Source: Clostridiales bacterium
GTDB taxonomy: Bacteria; Bacillota; Clostridia; Christensenellales; UBA1242
Reading direction: 5' to 3'
Assembly: GCA_015069395.1 (NCBI GenBank)
Contig: SVIR01000001.1
Location: 105,188-169,187, forward strand
DNA length: 64,000 nucleotides
A program made the translations under genes and the position numbers. Numbering within the stretch: the first letter of the stretch is position 1; the number at the start of each line of letters is the position of its first letter. The notes beneath the pieces were generated by a model. It searched no databases. It was not told the origin of the DNA and was given only the letters and a program-made list of their open reading frames with translations. Below are positions 1 through 8,594 of the stretch, in pieces.

Positions 1-509
1 TTGTAAGGGCCTTCAAGATTCGAAGTGTTTTTTGTAATTCTTCCCCAAAAATGACAATCTAAGTTTGCTTTTATAGGAGTTGGTTCTTTTATGTCTATCT
101 TCGCAGTATATTGACCGAGATCAAACACTTGTTTTACAGGAATCTCTTGCAACATCTTTCTTCTTTTGTCAATATAAGGCAAAAAGTTTGAAAGGTCATA
201 ATTTGTTGCGTTTGCAACCAAGTCTACAATAAGTTTTTGAACATAGCCTTTTTGAGTTAGCCCAAAATAATCTTTATCTCTTCGGTAAAAGTTTTTTGCC
301 ACATCAAGATAACTGTCCAACTTCTCTAAAAATAATTCATAATTTTGTATTTCGAGACTTGGATAAAAAGCACCAACATTGTTGTTTTCTATTCTAGGAA
401 AAAATTTAATGAGATAAGTCCAAGCACCGAGGCTTGCATCATAATTGATTACGCCTTCTTTTGCTTGGGCGAAAACTTCTTCGACCATTATTTTCAAATC
501 TTTATCCAT
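1..509 (-). CDS. hypothetical protein, 5' part (runs off the window start)
   Basis: Manual translation from the ATG at 509 (MDKDLKIMVEEVFAQAKEGVINYDASLGAWTYLIKFFPRIENN...) stays open to the edge. AGGGGAG-type SD upstream. Not in the supplied ORF track. Confidence 0.75.
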   Translation of the reverse strand, partial: MDKDLKIMVEEVFAQAKEGVINYDASLGAWTYLIKFFPRIENNNVGAFYPSLEIQNYELFLEKLDSYLDVAKNFYRRDKDYFGLTQKGYVQKLIVDLVANATNYDLSNFLPYIDKRRKMLQEIPVKQVFDLGQYTAKIDIKEPTPIKANLDCHFWGRITKNTSNLEGPY

Positions 510-603
510 AAATCTCCCCTCTTGATTTTAGAATAGCAAATAAAGATGTTTTTGTCAATGACAAAACTTTTTAAATTTGTGTTTTTTATCAAAACATAAA
601 ATA

Positions 604-627
604 AAAAAAGCGAATTATCTTCGCTTT
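604..627 (-). terminator. intrinsic terminator of aspS
   Basis: Hairpin aagcgaa-ttatc-ttcgctt with an A-run on the + strand (U-tract on the - strand) directly after the stop codon. Confidence 0.65.
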
Positions 628-2379
628 TTATCTTAATTTGATATGAACTTCTCTAAGCTGTTTTTCAGTAACCTCACTTGGAGCTCCCATCATAAGGTCT
701 TGTGCTTTTTTGTTCATTGGGAATGCAACTACTTCTCTAATGCTTTCTTCTTCCAACAATAGCATAATCATTCTATCAACTCCAGGGGCAATTCCTGCGT
801 GAGGAGGCGCACCATATTGGAAAGCATTATAGAGAGCCGAGAATTTAGATTTGATAGTATCTTCGTTGTATCCTGCTATGTCAAAAGCTTTGAGCATAAT
901 GTCGATATCGTGGTTTCTAACAGCTCCACTGCTAAGTTCTACGCCGTTTACAATGATATCGTATTGATAAGCTAAGATGTCCAAAGGATCTTTTGTGTTT
1001 AATGCTTCAAGACCACCTTGTGGCATGCTAAATGGGTTGTGACAGAAATCAATTTTGCCTGTTTCTTCGTCAAGTTCATACATTGGGAAGTCTACTATCC
1101 AGCAGAATTTATAAACACCTTTTTCAATAAGGTCAAGACGTTTGCCAAGTTCAGTTCTCAAAATACCCGAGAGTTTTGTGGCTTGACGGTAGTCACTTGC
1201 AATAAAGAAGATTGAATAACCATTTTTTGCGCCGGTAGCTTTGATAATGTTTTCTTTTTCTTCTTCGTTTAAGAATTTTACGATTGGTCCCGTAAGAGAG
1301 TTGTCTTCGCCAACTTTTATCCAAGCCAACCCTTTAGCTCCGTTTTCAACCATAAATTCTGTAAGATTGTCATAAAATCTTCTAGGTTGTTCTCCAGCAT
1401 TTACAGCAATTGCTTTTACAGTGCTTCCTGCAAAAGCTTTAAATTCAGAGTTTTTGAAAACTTCTGTCAAGTTGTTTACGATAAGTGGGTTTCTCAAGTC
1501 TGGTTTGTCAGAACCATATTTTTCCATTGCTTCACGATATGGTATTCTTACGAAAGGAACTTGATCAATCTTGCTCTTTCCAAATTGTTCGAAAACTTTT
1601 GGAAGAACGTATTCCATAACTGCAAACACATCTTCTTGAGTCGCAAAGCTCATTTCCATGTCAAGTTGATAGAACTCGCCTGGACAACGATCAGCTCTTG
1701 CATCTTCGTCTCTAAAACAAGGAGCGATTTGGAAGTATTTATCCATACCACTAACCATCAACAATTGTTTAAATTGTTGAGGTGCTTGTGGAAGAGCATA
1801 AAATTTGCCTGGGTGAAGCCTGCTAGGAACAAGATAGTCTCTTGCACCTTCAGGACTTGATACAGTTAAGATAGGCGTTGTAATTTCGTTGAATCCAAGT
1901 TCGGTCATATATTTTCTCAAAGCATTAATTACTTGACTACGGAAAATGATGTTGTGTTGCATTTCTGGGTTTCTCAAGTCAAGGTAACGATATTTGAGCC
2001 TAAGTTCTTCATTGATATTTCTGCTATCCATAATATCAAAAGGAGGAGAGTTTAAACATCTTCCCAAAATTGTCAACTTTTCGATTTCAATTTCAATTTC
2101 GCCAGTTTTAAGTTTTGGGTTTATATTTTGTGTATCTCTAGCGATAACTTTTCCTTCAACTGAAATAACAGTTTCTCTGTTTAATCGTTCAAACTTTGAG
2201 TTGTCTTTTACAACAAGTTGAACGATGCCATAATGATCTCTCAAATCAATAAAAGTAATACTTCCGTGATCTCTGATAGTGCTAACCCAACCAGCAACCT
2301 TAACAGTCTCGCCAATGTTTGATTTGTTCAAGTCTCCACAGCTGTGGTCACGGTAAATGTTTTTTGCGATTTTATCCAT
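628..2379 (-). CDS. aspS: aspartate--tRNA ligase (probably non-discriminating Asp/Asn type)
   Basis: OB-fold RDHG..FIDLRD, RLKYRYLDLR, EGARDYLVPSR, FYALPQAPQQFKQLLM, motif 2 CFRDED, motif 3 GAPPHAGIAPGVDR. Confidence 0.97.
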   Translation of the reverse strand: MDKIAKNIYRDHSCGDLNKSNIGETVKVAGWVSTIRDHGSITFIDLRDHYGIVQLVVKDNSKFERLNRETVISVEGKVIARDTQNINPKLKTGEIEIEIEKLTILGRCLNSPPFDIMDSRNINEELRLKYRYLDLRNPEMQHNIIFRSQVINALRKYMTELGFNEITTPILTVSSPEGARDYLVPSRLHPGKFYALPQAPQQFKQLLMVSGMDKYFQIAPCFRDEDARADRCPGEFYQLDMEMSFATQEDVFAVMEYVLPKVFEQFGKSKIDQVPFVRIPYREAMEKYGSDKPDLRNPLIVNNLTEVFKNSEFKAFAGSTVKAIAVNAGEQPRRFYDNLTEFMVENGAKGLAWIKVGEDNSLTGPIVKFLNEEEKENIIKATGAKNGYSIFFIASDYRQATKLSGILRTELGKRLDLIEKGVYKFCWIVDFPMYELDEETGKIDFCHNPFSMPQGGLEALNTKDPLDILAYQYDIIVNGVELSSGAVRNHDIDIMLKAFDIAGYNEDTIKSKFSALYNAFQYGAPPHAGIAPGVDRMIMLLLEEESIREVVAFPMNKKAQDLMMGAPSEVTEKQLREVHIKLR

Positions 2380-2418
2380 TTCTATCTCCTAATTTAAATA
2401 TGCAATTTTTACTAATTA

Positions 2419-2447
2419 AGTATAAGCCAAATTTTTAAATTTGTCAA
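2419..2447 (-). promoter_or_regulatory. sigma-A promoter of aspS
   Basis: TTGACA (2447-2442)-17 bp-TATACT (2424-2419) on the minus strand. Confidence 0.75.
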
Positions 2448-2588
2448 ATAAGAAAAAGAGATTTGAAAACCTCTTAGCGATAAAATTTTAATTTTTAATA
2501 TATTTTTATTCAATATTTAAGAAAAACTTCAAAATTATATCTTGAAAGTTGAACTCAAGTGTGATAAACTAAAGATAAAGAGGGACAT

Positions 2589-3167
2589 ATGAACAACAAA
2601 TTAATTAAAATTTTAAAAAAGACAATAGGGGTAGAAGCACTCGCTGTAAATTTTATTAAGAAACAGAAAAAAGATATGTTAAAGCGTTATAGAAAATATA
2701 AAGAAAGTGAAGATTTGTTTATAACTAGCGAGTATAAAATTGGGATGCCTTATGATTTTTCACAGAAAAAGATAAATGTAGAATCAAAAAGATATGCGAG
2801 TCAGGTTGTAGAGATTGCTAGGCTTAGAAACAATAGGCGAGAATTATATCAGATTTTTGAGTCGCCAAAAGTTTCTTATTATACTCAAATTCTTACAAAC
2901 AGGGTGAGAGGTCTTGTTGAAACAGTATTGAATGTTTATGAAAGTGGAAAAGACACCTCAGAATTTGACGAAGAGGTTAAGGCATTAAATGATTACATAG
3001 AGAGCCATATAGTCTATAGGGCTGGACATAAGACGTTTAGAATCGTCAAAGGTAAAGAGGCAAAAAAAGCCAAAAGAGATTATGGACAAATGAAAAATGA
3101 AAGGCTAAAGAAAATTGCTGAAAAAGACAATGCACTGGGTGAGTTGCTCAAAGATAACAACGGCTAA
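2589..3167 (+). CDS. hypothetical basic protein
   Basis: 192-aa ORF with AGAGGG SD and a downstream terminator. No recognisable motif. Confidence 0.75.
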   Translation: MNNKLIKILKKTIGVEALAVNFIKKQKKDMLKRYRKYKESEDLFITSEYKIGMPYDFSQKKINVESKRYASQVVEIARLRNNRRELYQIFESPKVSYYTQILTNRVRGLVETVLNVYESGKDTSEFDEEVKALNDYIESHIVYRAGHKTFRIVKGKEAKKAKRDYGQMKNERLKKIAEKDNALGELLKDNNG

Positions 3168-3190
3168 ATATAAATTGTCAACAAATACGA

Positions 3191-3219
3191 AGCACCTTAA
3201 ATTTTTAAGGTGTTTTTTT
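3191..3219 (+). terminator. intrinsic terminator
   Basis: gcaccttaa-attt-ttaaggtgt hairpin followed by a T-run. Confidence 0.75.
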
Positions 3220-3288
3220 GTAAATTATTTATAATTGTTATGAAGAAAAAAATACTTTGTGTTATAATAAGCATAACGGAGGGACAAA

Positions 3289-5118
3289 GTGAAAAAAGTT
3301 CTGATTATTTTAGCAGTGGTATGTGTCGGTCTTGCTATTGCGATTGTTTGCACATCAATTAAACCTAGTTATGACATAACTTATTCTATTGACAATGAGT
3401 TGGTTTCGATTGTAACAAAACAAGACGACGAAATAGTAAATTTCAAAGATGGAAAACTAAAATTGAAAAAAGGCAAAAGTTTGAGGTTTGAAATCAAAGC
3501 AAATTCAAAAGGCGTTGATATGTCAGATTTTACGATGTCTATCAATGGAAAAGAAACTAATATTGTGAAAAATCAATCATACAATTTGTTCACTTCAAAC
3601 AATTTAGATTATGGATACTACATAATTCCAAAAGTTGAAAAAGACTATGATGTTGAGTTTTCAGGTGCAGCAGTATTAGAAAATAAATTTGTTTTTGAAA
3701 CAGATTTGACAGATCAAACTGCAGTTGAAAAAATGGCCCTTGCCCAAATTAGCTTTACTGGGGCTGAAGAAGATTATAAAGACTTCTACGAAGCGTTTTC
3801 GACTGAAGGAGAAAAGAGTGTAACTTACAACTATAAAGAAGAAACAATGCCTCTTTCTTTTAAGTTAAAATTTGAAGGAGGAGCACCATTCTATATTTCT
3901 GACTCTCTCGAAAACATAGAATTTGTGACACTTAAGGATGCTGAAGAGCAAGAGATCGGTTTTGAATCGATTGAATATCAAGAATCGGAATATCTTTTTA
4001 CAATTGGAAGTGTAGGAACCGATGGTGAATATAAGATTATGTTTGATTTTTCTAAACTGGAATACAAACAATTTCAAATTGCTCTGCCAACAGAAAATTT
4101 AATTTATACAGTTACATCAGAAAAAACAACCACAACTTATAATGAAACAGCAGAAATTGTAGTTGAAAAATTAAACAATCCAAACGTAGATTATACAGAA
4201 ATGAAACTTTTTGCTGGAGAAATTGAGTTGACCAAAGTTTCTGAAGAAGGAAATTTTGTGACTTTTGAAATTCCTGAAAACTATACGCCAGAAATGACGG
4301 GAAATTTTGATTATTATTTAATCAATGTTCAAGGTTTGGAATATACAAAAAGTCTTCATGGTTTAAGTAGTTTAGCAAATTTTCCAGACGAAGAAGGAGC
4401 TTATATTAATTATAAACTTAGAAATGTTGATACAAACGGAAATATTTTGGGGGTAACAACCACAGATCCTTTTGGAAATTTTATGACTTTTGAAGGCGAT
4501 AGGGTTGCCCTTATATGGAATTATATTTACAATACAAGTAATGAAGGATATCAAATGCCGTACGACCTTTACAACTATGATATCTATTATAATGAAGAAA
4601 AAGTGCTCAACCTCAAAGAAGTTATCGGAGACCTCTCAAACAGCTTTGTTAAAGAAGTAGGGGATTATACAATAAGAGCAATTTTCAATGAAGAGACATT
4701 GGTTTTTGATTCTTTCCAACTTGAGTTTAGTTGCAGTGGAGCTGGAGATTTTAGTTTTACAAATTTCGCTTTGTGTGAAAAAGATGTTTATGTTGGTTTC
4801 AACTTTGAAGATGCAAGAGTTAAAAAGGTTGAATACCAAATTTATGATGTAGAGATGGGAAATGATTGGACAGCTCTGATTGCTGGAGAAAAAAAGAAAG
4901 TTTCCGTAAAATATGGTCAAGTCATTGTATATAGAGTTACATCTACAGCAGGTCAAATTTGGCTCTCAGAAATGGGAATTCAAGAAAATGGGGCGTTCAC
5001 TAGATTGACAGGTCAAACTCAATCAGATGCGACAAATTATTATACGCTTTTTAAATTTGAAATTTCTGATTTGCAATACACCAACACAAAAGATATGATT
5101 TTGCAAAAAGGTTTTTAA
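3289..5118 (+). CDS. membrane-anchored or secreted acidic beta-rich protein (Ig-like repeats)
   Basis: N-terminal MKK plus hydrophobic signal/anchor. Beta-strand-rich acidic body. GGAGGG SD before the GTG. Confidence 0.8.
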   Translation: MKKVLIILAVVCVGLAIAIVCTSIKPSYDITYSIDNELVSIVTKQDDEIVNFKDGKLKLKKGKSLRFEIKANSKGVDMSDFTMSINGKETNIVKNQSYNLFTSNNLDYGYYIIPKVEKDYDVEFSGAAVLENKFVFETDLTDQTAVEKMALAQISFTGAEEDYKDFYEAFSTEGEKSVTYNYKEETMPLSFKLKFEGGAPFYISDSLENIEFVTLKDAEEQEIGFESIEYQESEYLFTIGSVGTDGEYKIMFDFSKLEYKQFQIALPTENLIYTVTSEKTTTTYNETAEIVVEKLNNPNVDYTEMKLFAGEIELTKVSEEGNFVTFEIPENYTPEMTGNFDYYLINVQGLEYTKSLHGLSSLANFPDEEGAYINYKLRNVDTNGNILGVTTTDPFGNFMTFEGDRVALIWNYIYNTSNEGYQMPYDLYNYDIYYNEEKVLNLKEVIGDLSNSFVKEVGDYTIRAIFNEETLVFDSFQLEFSCSGAGDFSFTNFALCEKDVYVGFNFEDARVKKVEYQIYDVEMGNDWTALIAGEKKKVSVKYGQVIVYRVTSTAGQIWLSEMGIQENGAFTRLTGQTQSDATNYYTLFKFEISDLQYTNTKDMILQKGF

Positions 5119-5140
5119 AAATTATTAAAGGGAGACACTA

Positions 5141-5797
5141 ATGAAAGGTATAAAAAAATTTTTCAATGACTTTAAAAAATTTATAAGCAAAGGCAATGTT
5201 TTTGACCTTGCTGTAGGTATGATTATCGCTACTGCTTTCAACAAGATTGTTTCAAGTTTAGTAAATGACATAATTATGCCACTTATTACTTGGGCAACGG
5301 GAGCTGCGAGTTTGGCAGATTTGAGTTTGCCATTGAGATATGAAATCAATGAACTTGGAGAAAAAATAGTTACTTTGAGTTGGAATTATGGAAACTTTCT
5401 TCAAATGGTAATCGACTTCTTGATTATCGCATTCTCGGTTTTTCTTATGGTAAAATTAATGACAGCTTCACGCAACAAATTTAAAGAACTTGGAGAATTC
5501 GTTGCAGAACAATCTAAAAAAGAGGTTAAAGCAGAAAAGAAAGCTGTAAAAATGCAGGCGAAAGCTGAAAAGAGAAAATTTAAAGAAGTTTGGGCAGAGC
5601 ACGAAGCAGAAAAAAAGAGATTGGCAGAAGAACAGGCTAAAATCTTGGCAGAAGAACAAGCAAAGAAAGAAGCAGAAGAACGTGCAAATAATCCAACGCA
5701 AGAAGAACTTTTGAAGCAAATTTTGTCCGAACTTAAAAAACAAAACGAATCTGAAGAAAAGAAAACTAAAGAAAAAAAATCTAAGGAAGAAAAATGA
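5141..5797 (+). CDS. mscL: large-conductance mechanosensitive channel with long charged cytoplasmic insertion
   Basis: FKKFISKGNVFDLAVGMIIATAFNKIVSSLVNDIIMP, NYGNFLQMVIDFLIIAF and C-terminal PTQEELLKQI. Confidence 0.93.
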   Translation: MKGIKKFFNDFKKFISKGNVFDLAVGMIIATAFNKIVSSLVNDIIMPLITWATGAASLADLSLPLRYEINELGEKIVTLSWNYGNFLQMVIDFLIIAFSVFLMVKLMTASRNKFKELGEFVAEQSKKEVKAEKKAVKMQAKAEKRKFKEVWAEHEAEKKRLAEEQAKILAEEQAKKEAEERANNPTQEELLKQILSELKKQNESEEKKTKEKKSKEEK

Positions 5798-5799
5798 TA

Positions 5800-5826
5800 A
5801 AAGAGACCTCGGTGGTCTCTTTTTTT
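5800..5826 (+). terminator. intrinsic terminator after mscL
   Basis: aaagagacc-tcggt-ggtctcttt followed by a T-run. Confidence 0.8.
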
Positions 5827-6097
5827 AAGCCTTTCAAAATTTAAATACAATACCATAAAAAGTAGATATTGTTTTGTTGCTAACAAAACCCTAACCCGAT
5901 AAATCGGTGGAAGCTTTTGAGGTAAAACGATCTCTAAGTTTATCAACATATATCAAAGTGATTTTCTATAAATTGCCAAAGTCTCTTGTATTTTCGCAAT
6001 TTAATAATTTTTTTAACAATTTTGTTTTTTAGAACTTATTTGACTTGACATAATTTTTAAACAATGATAACTTCTTAAAAGAAAGGAGAGAAAACTT

Positions 6098-6898
6098 ATG
6101 GAAAACTTTATAAAATGGACTGCATGGGAAATGCAGACTCCACAAGCGTATGGGACATTTCATTTGCTGTTTACTTTTATTGGTCTTGCGGTAGTTATCC
6201 TATTAGCTTTTTTATTAAGAAAGTTAAATGACAAACAAAATAGAATATTTCTTTTATTTATTGGTTTGTTTTTAATCTTAACCGAAATATATAAACAACT
6301 TTTTTATTATTATGTAATAGGTAATGGTAATTATGTTTGGTGGATTTTTCCCTTTCAACTTTGTTCAGTTCCTATGTATCTATGTATTGTTTGTGGTTTG
6401 TGCAAAAATGAAAAGTTTAATAAATATTTGTATGATTTTATGTTCGCATTTAATTTTTTTGGCGGAATAATAACGTTTATAGAACCAAGTGGAATAAATC
6501 ACCCTTATTTAATGCTTACTTTACATGCGTATGTGTGGCATATGTTATTAATCTTTTTGGGGTTTTATTTGTATTTTTCAAAAAGAGCATGTGTTTCATG
6601 GAAAGGATATCTAAAAGGTTTGTCTGTTTTAGGAGTGTCTGTTGTGGTGGCTCAAATTATAAATGCATGCTTGAAAGGTATTGATGGGGCAAACATGTTC
6701 TATATTTCACCTTATGTTGGAAATCAATTAGTTTTCTTTAAGGATTTTTATTCGCACAATGGCTGGCTGGCAAATATGTGTCTTTATTTGTTCGGCTTGG
6801 TTCTAGCGGGTGCAATAATCTTTTATATTGGATATCTAATACGATATTTGACATTACGAAAAAATCCAAAAGAAAAAGTGAATAAAAAAGATGGTTGA
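6098..6898 (+). CDS. YwaF/TMEM164-like integral membrane protein
   Basis: Multiple TM helices. Motifs YGTFH, PFQLCS, HAYVWH and NMFY are typical of this family. Confidence 0.75.
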   Translation: MENFIKWTAWEMQTPQAYGTFHLLFTFIGLAVVILLAFLLRKLNDKQNRIFLLFIGLFLILTEIYKQLFYYYVIGNGNYVWWIFPFQLCSVPMYLCIVCGLCKNEKFNKYLYDFMFAFNFFGGIITFIEPSGINHPYLMLTLHAYVWHMLLIFLGFYLYFSKRACVSWKGYLKGLSVLGVSVVVAQIINACLKGIDGANMFYISPYVGNQLVFFKDFYSHNGWLANMCLYLFGLVLAGAIIFYIGYLIRYLTLRKNPKEKVNKKDG

Positions 6899-6932
6899 AA
6901 GGTCGTCTTTATAACACACTTTATTAAAAAAC

Positions 6933-6966
6933 AAAAAACCTAAACCAGTGGTTCGGTTTAGGTTTT
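6933..6966. terminator. bidirectional terminator between the membrane-protein gene and tRNA-Ala
   Basis: aaaacctaaacc-agtggttc-ggtttaggtttt inverted repeat between convergent genes. Confidence 0.75.
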
Positions 6967-6969
6967 GAT

Positions 6970-7046
6970 TGGTGGAGATAATCGGATTCGAACCGATGAC
7001 CCCCTGCTTGCAAGGCAGGTGCTCTAGCCAACTGAGCCATACCCCC
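6970..7046 (-). tRNA. tRNA-Ala (anticodon TGC)
   Basis: GGGGGTATGGCTCAGTTGGCTAGAGCACCTGCCTTGCAAGCAGGGGGTCATCGGTTCGAATCCGATTATCTCCACCA folds as a cloverleaf with the G3:U70 Ala identity pair, a TTCGAA T-loop and encoded CCA. Confidence 0.97.
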
Positions 7047-7058
7047 ATACGCTCTAAA

Positions 7059-7087
7059 ATATTATCACATTTTTAAAGCGTTGTCAA
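7059..7087 (-). promoter_or_regulatory. sigma-A promoter of tRNA-Ala
   Basis: TTGACA (7087-7082)-17 bp-TAATAT with an extended TG. Confidence 0.7.
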
Positions 7088-7107
7088 CAAAAAAATGAAA
7101 AAAAATA

Positions 7108-7137
7108 AAAAAGACAGAAATTTTGTTTCTGTCTTTT
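7108..7137 (-). terminator. intrinsic terminator of the PH-domain gene
   Basis: aaaagacagaaa-tttt-gtttctgtctttt inverted repeat next to the stop codon. Confidence 0.7.
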
Positions 7138-7141
7138 AAAA

Positions 7142-7528
7142 TTAGCTTTGGAATTCTGTAATGTGAACATTGTTGAGTTTTCTTTGTTCTTCTATATAAT
7201 TTGAGAAAACGTCTCTAACTTTGAATGGGTCTTTAACGTTTTTCAATACAAATTTAGGATTTCTTTCGTCATTACTAAACAAAACAACCGTGCCAGTATT
7301 AAAAATCTTTCCAGCAAGTGATTGAGTAAGAGAAATATCATAAATTCTATATAAGTTTACTTCTTCGATGTTTGAATATGTGAAGCCGACATCAGAAAAT
7401 ATTTTAAACCAAGAGCCTTTTTTTCTAATGAGATAATATCTAGTGAAAGACAAAGGCATTCCCATAAATCTCTTTCTGTCTTTCCAAACAAGTTCTGCAT
7501 TTTCGCCAAATTTTTTTCTAACGTTCAT
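7142..7528 (-). CDS. bacterial PH-domain protein (bPH_2/DUF304-like)
   Basis: WKDRKRFMGMPLSFTRY...EEVNLYRIYDISLTQSLAGKIFNTGTV...LKNVKDP pattern. Confidence 0.8.
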   Translation of the reverse strand: MNVRKKFGENAELVWKDRKRFMGMPLSFTRYYLIRKKGSWFKIFSDVGFTYSNIEEVNLYRIYDISLTQSLAGKIFNTGTVVLFSNDERNPKFVLKNVKDPFKVRDVFSNYIEEQRKLNNVHITEFQS

Positions 7529-7655
7529 AATAAACTCCTTTTCATATAAATTTTACATTATAATTCAAAAAAAGTAAACAGTTTTCTTCAAAAAATAAAA
7601 AAATCCTCACAAAAAGTGAAGATTTTTAAAGTTTTTTGCCTAAAATTTTGAGGGC

Positions 7656-7865
7656 TTATTTACAGTCGCATCCACAACTGCAGTTTGAAAGCAAGATTAA
7701 GAACAAAAGTGTTTTGCAATCAATACAAATTTCGCCACCTTTTCCACCACAGCCACAGCCACAGTTTTGCAAAAGTAAAAGCAAGAAGATTAAAGAACAG
7801 CAGTCGTTTCCACAACCACAATCTCTATGCATATCGCCACAATTTTGGCTTCCAAAAAAGTTCAT
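7656..7865 (-). CDS. small Cys-rich hydrophobic protein (clostridial spore-associated high-Cys type)
   Basis: Strong AGGAGG SD. 14 Cys in 69 aa. Two copies of C..LhFLhLL.NC.C.C. Terminator-like hairpin at about 7598-7627. Confidence 0.75.
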   Translation of the reverse strand: MNFFGSQNCGDMHRDCGCGNDCCSLIFLLLLLQNCGCGCGGKGGEICIDCKTLLFLILLSNCSCGCDCK

Positions 7866-8025
7866 TTGTTCCTCCTAAATTCTTATGTAATTTTGTGCAA
7901 AATGTCTTGCACATTAACAATGTATTAAACAGTGTCAAAAAATGTTAATTGCATATAAGATAAAAAATCGCTATTGACAACTCTATAGGTTTGTTGTTAT
8001 AATAGTCAAAAGGGAGAATAAGCTT

Positions 8026-8442
8026 ATGAAAAAATATAAGGGGACAGATACAAGAAGCATATTTGTAGATTATGAGTATGAGGCAGAAAGGAAACATTTT
8101 ACCGGTCGACCTATGAAAGGATATGTTAAAGGTCAAATGGAAATTTTTTATGAACCTGAGGCGGAAGATTTTAGAGAGTTTGAATCAAAGGTGGAGAAGA
8201 CAGTTAAAAGAGCCGTTGTAGAAGTAATAGTTGCAGATCCTAATGGGTATAAAGACACTTCTACATTATTTATGTTGCGTCTTAGAGCAAGATATGCAAA
8301 TATGCAAAAAGAAGAAGGTATTAGCTTGCCAGGATTTATAGGTGGATATTTTGTAGCGAAAGAAGAGTTTGTAGAGGGCAAAAAAAGAAGAAAACTTTCA
8401 GAGCTTTTCAAAAAGAAAGAAGAAAAAGACAAGGAAATTTAA
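8026..8442 (+). CDS. hypothetical protein
   Basis: 138-aa ORF with a TTGACA...TATAAT promoter, GGGAG SD and its own terminator. Confidence 0.75.
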   Translation: MKKYKGTDTRSIFVDYEYEAERKHFTGRPMKGYVKGQMEIFYEPEAEDFREFESKVEKTVKRAVVEVIVADPNGYKDTSTLFMLRLRARYANMQKEEGISLPGFIGGYFVAKEEFVEGKKRRKLSELFKKKEEKDKEI

Positions 8443-8444
8443 TA

Positions 8445-8475
8445 AAAAAGTGTTGGGTTTTTCCAACACTTTTTT
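8445..8475 (+). terminator. intrinsic terminator insulating the downstream operon
   Basis: aaaaagtgttgg-gttttt-ccaacacttttt. Confidence 0.8.
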
Positions 8476-8544
8476 ATTAAATCAAAATTCTTTATGTTTT
8501 GAGGCTATAATAAGATAAATTTAAATATTTGTTTCATTTGTTCG

Positions 8545-8574
8545 TTGACAACCCAAAAGGGTTTTTGTTATAAT
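8545..8574 (+). promoter_or_regulatory. consensus sigma-A promoter of the ESCRT-like operon, with a palindrome in the spacer
   Basis: TTGACA (8545-8550)-18 bp-TATAAT (8569-8574) with an extended TG. AACCC-AAAA-GGGTT lies at 8550-8563. Confidence 0.8.
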
Positions 8575-8594
8575 TTTTTAGAAGAATAGGAGTT

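Noticed and set aside
5830-6000. Possible sRNA or small ORF between mscL and the YwaF-like gene
   Set aside because: Only short ORFs without an SD and a weak hairpin (ccgat-aa-atcgg) are present. There is no recognisable RNA family.
6854-7048. 64-aa minus-strand ORF (MGVWLSWLEHLPCKQGV...)
   Set aside because: It is the translation shadow of tRNA-Ala.
7636-7948. Plus-strand Q/P-rich and His-rich ORFs
   Set aside because: They are antisense shadows of the Cys-rich gene, which has the strong SD and terminator.
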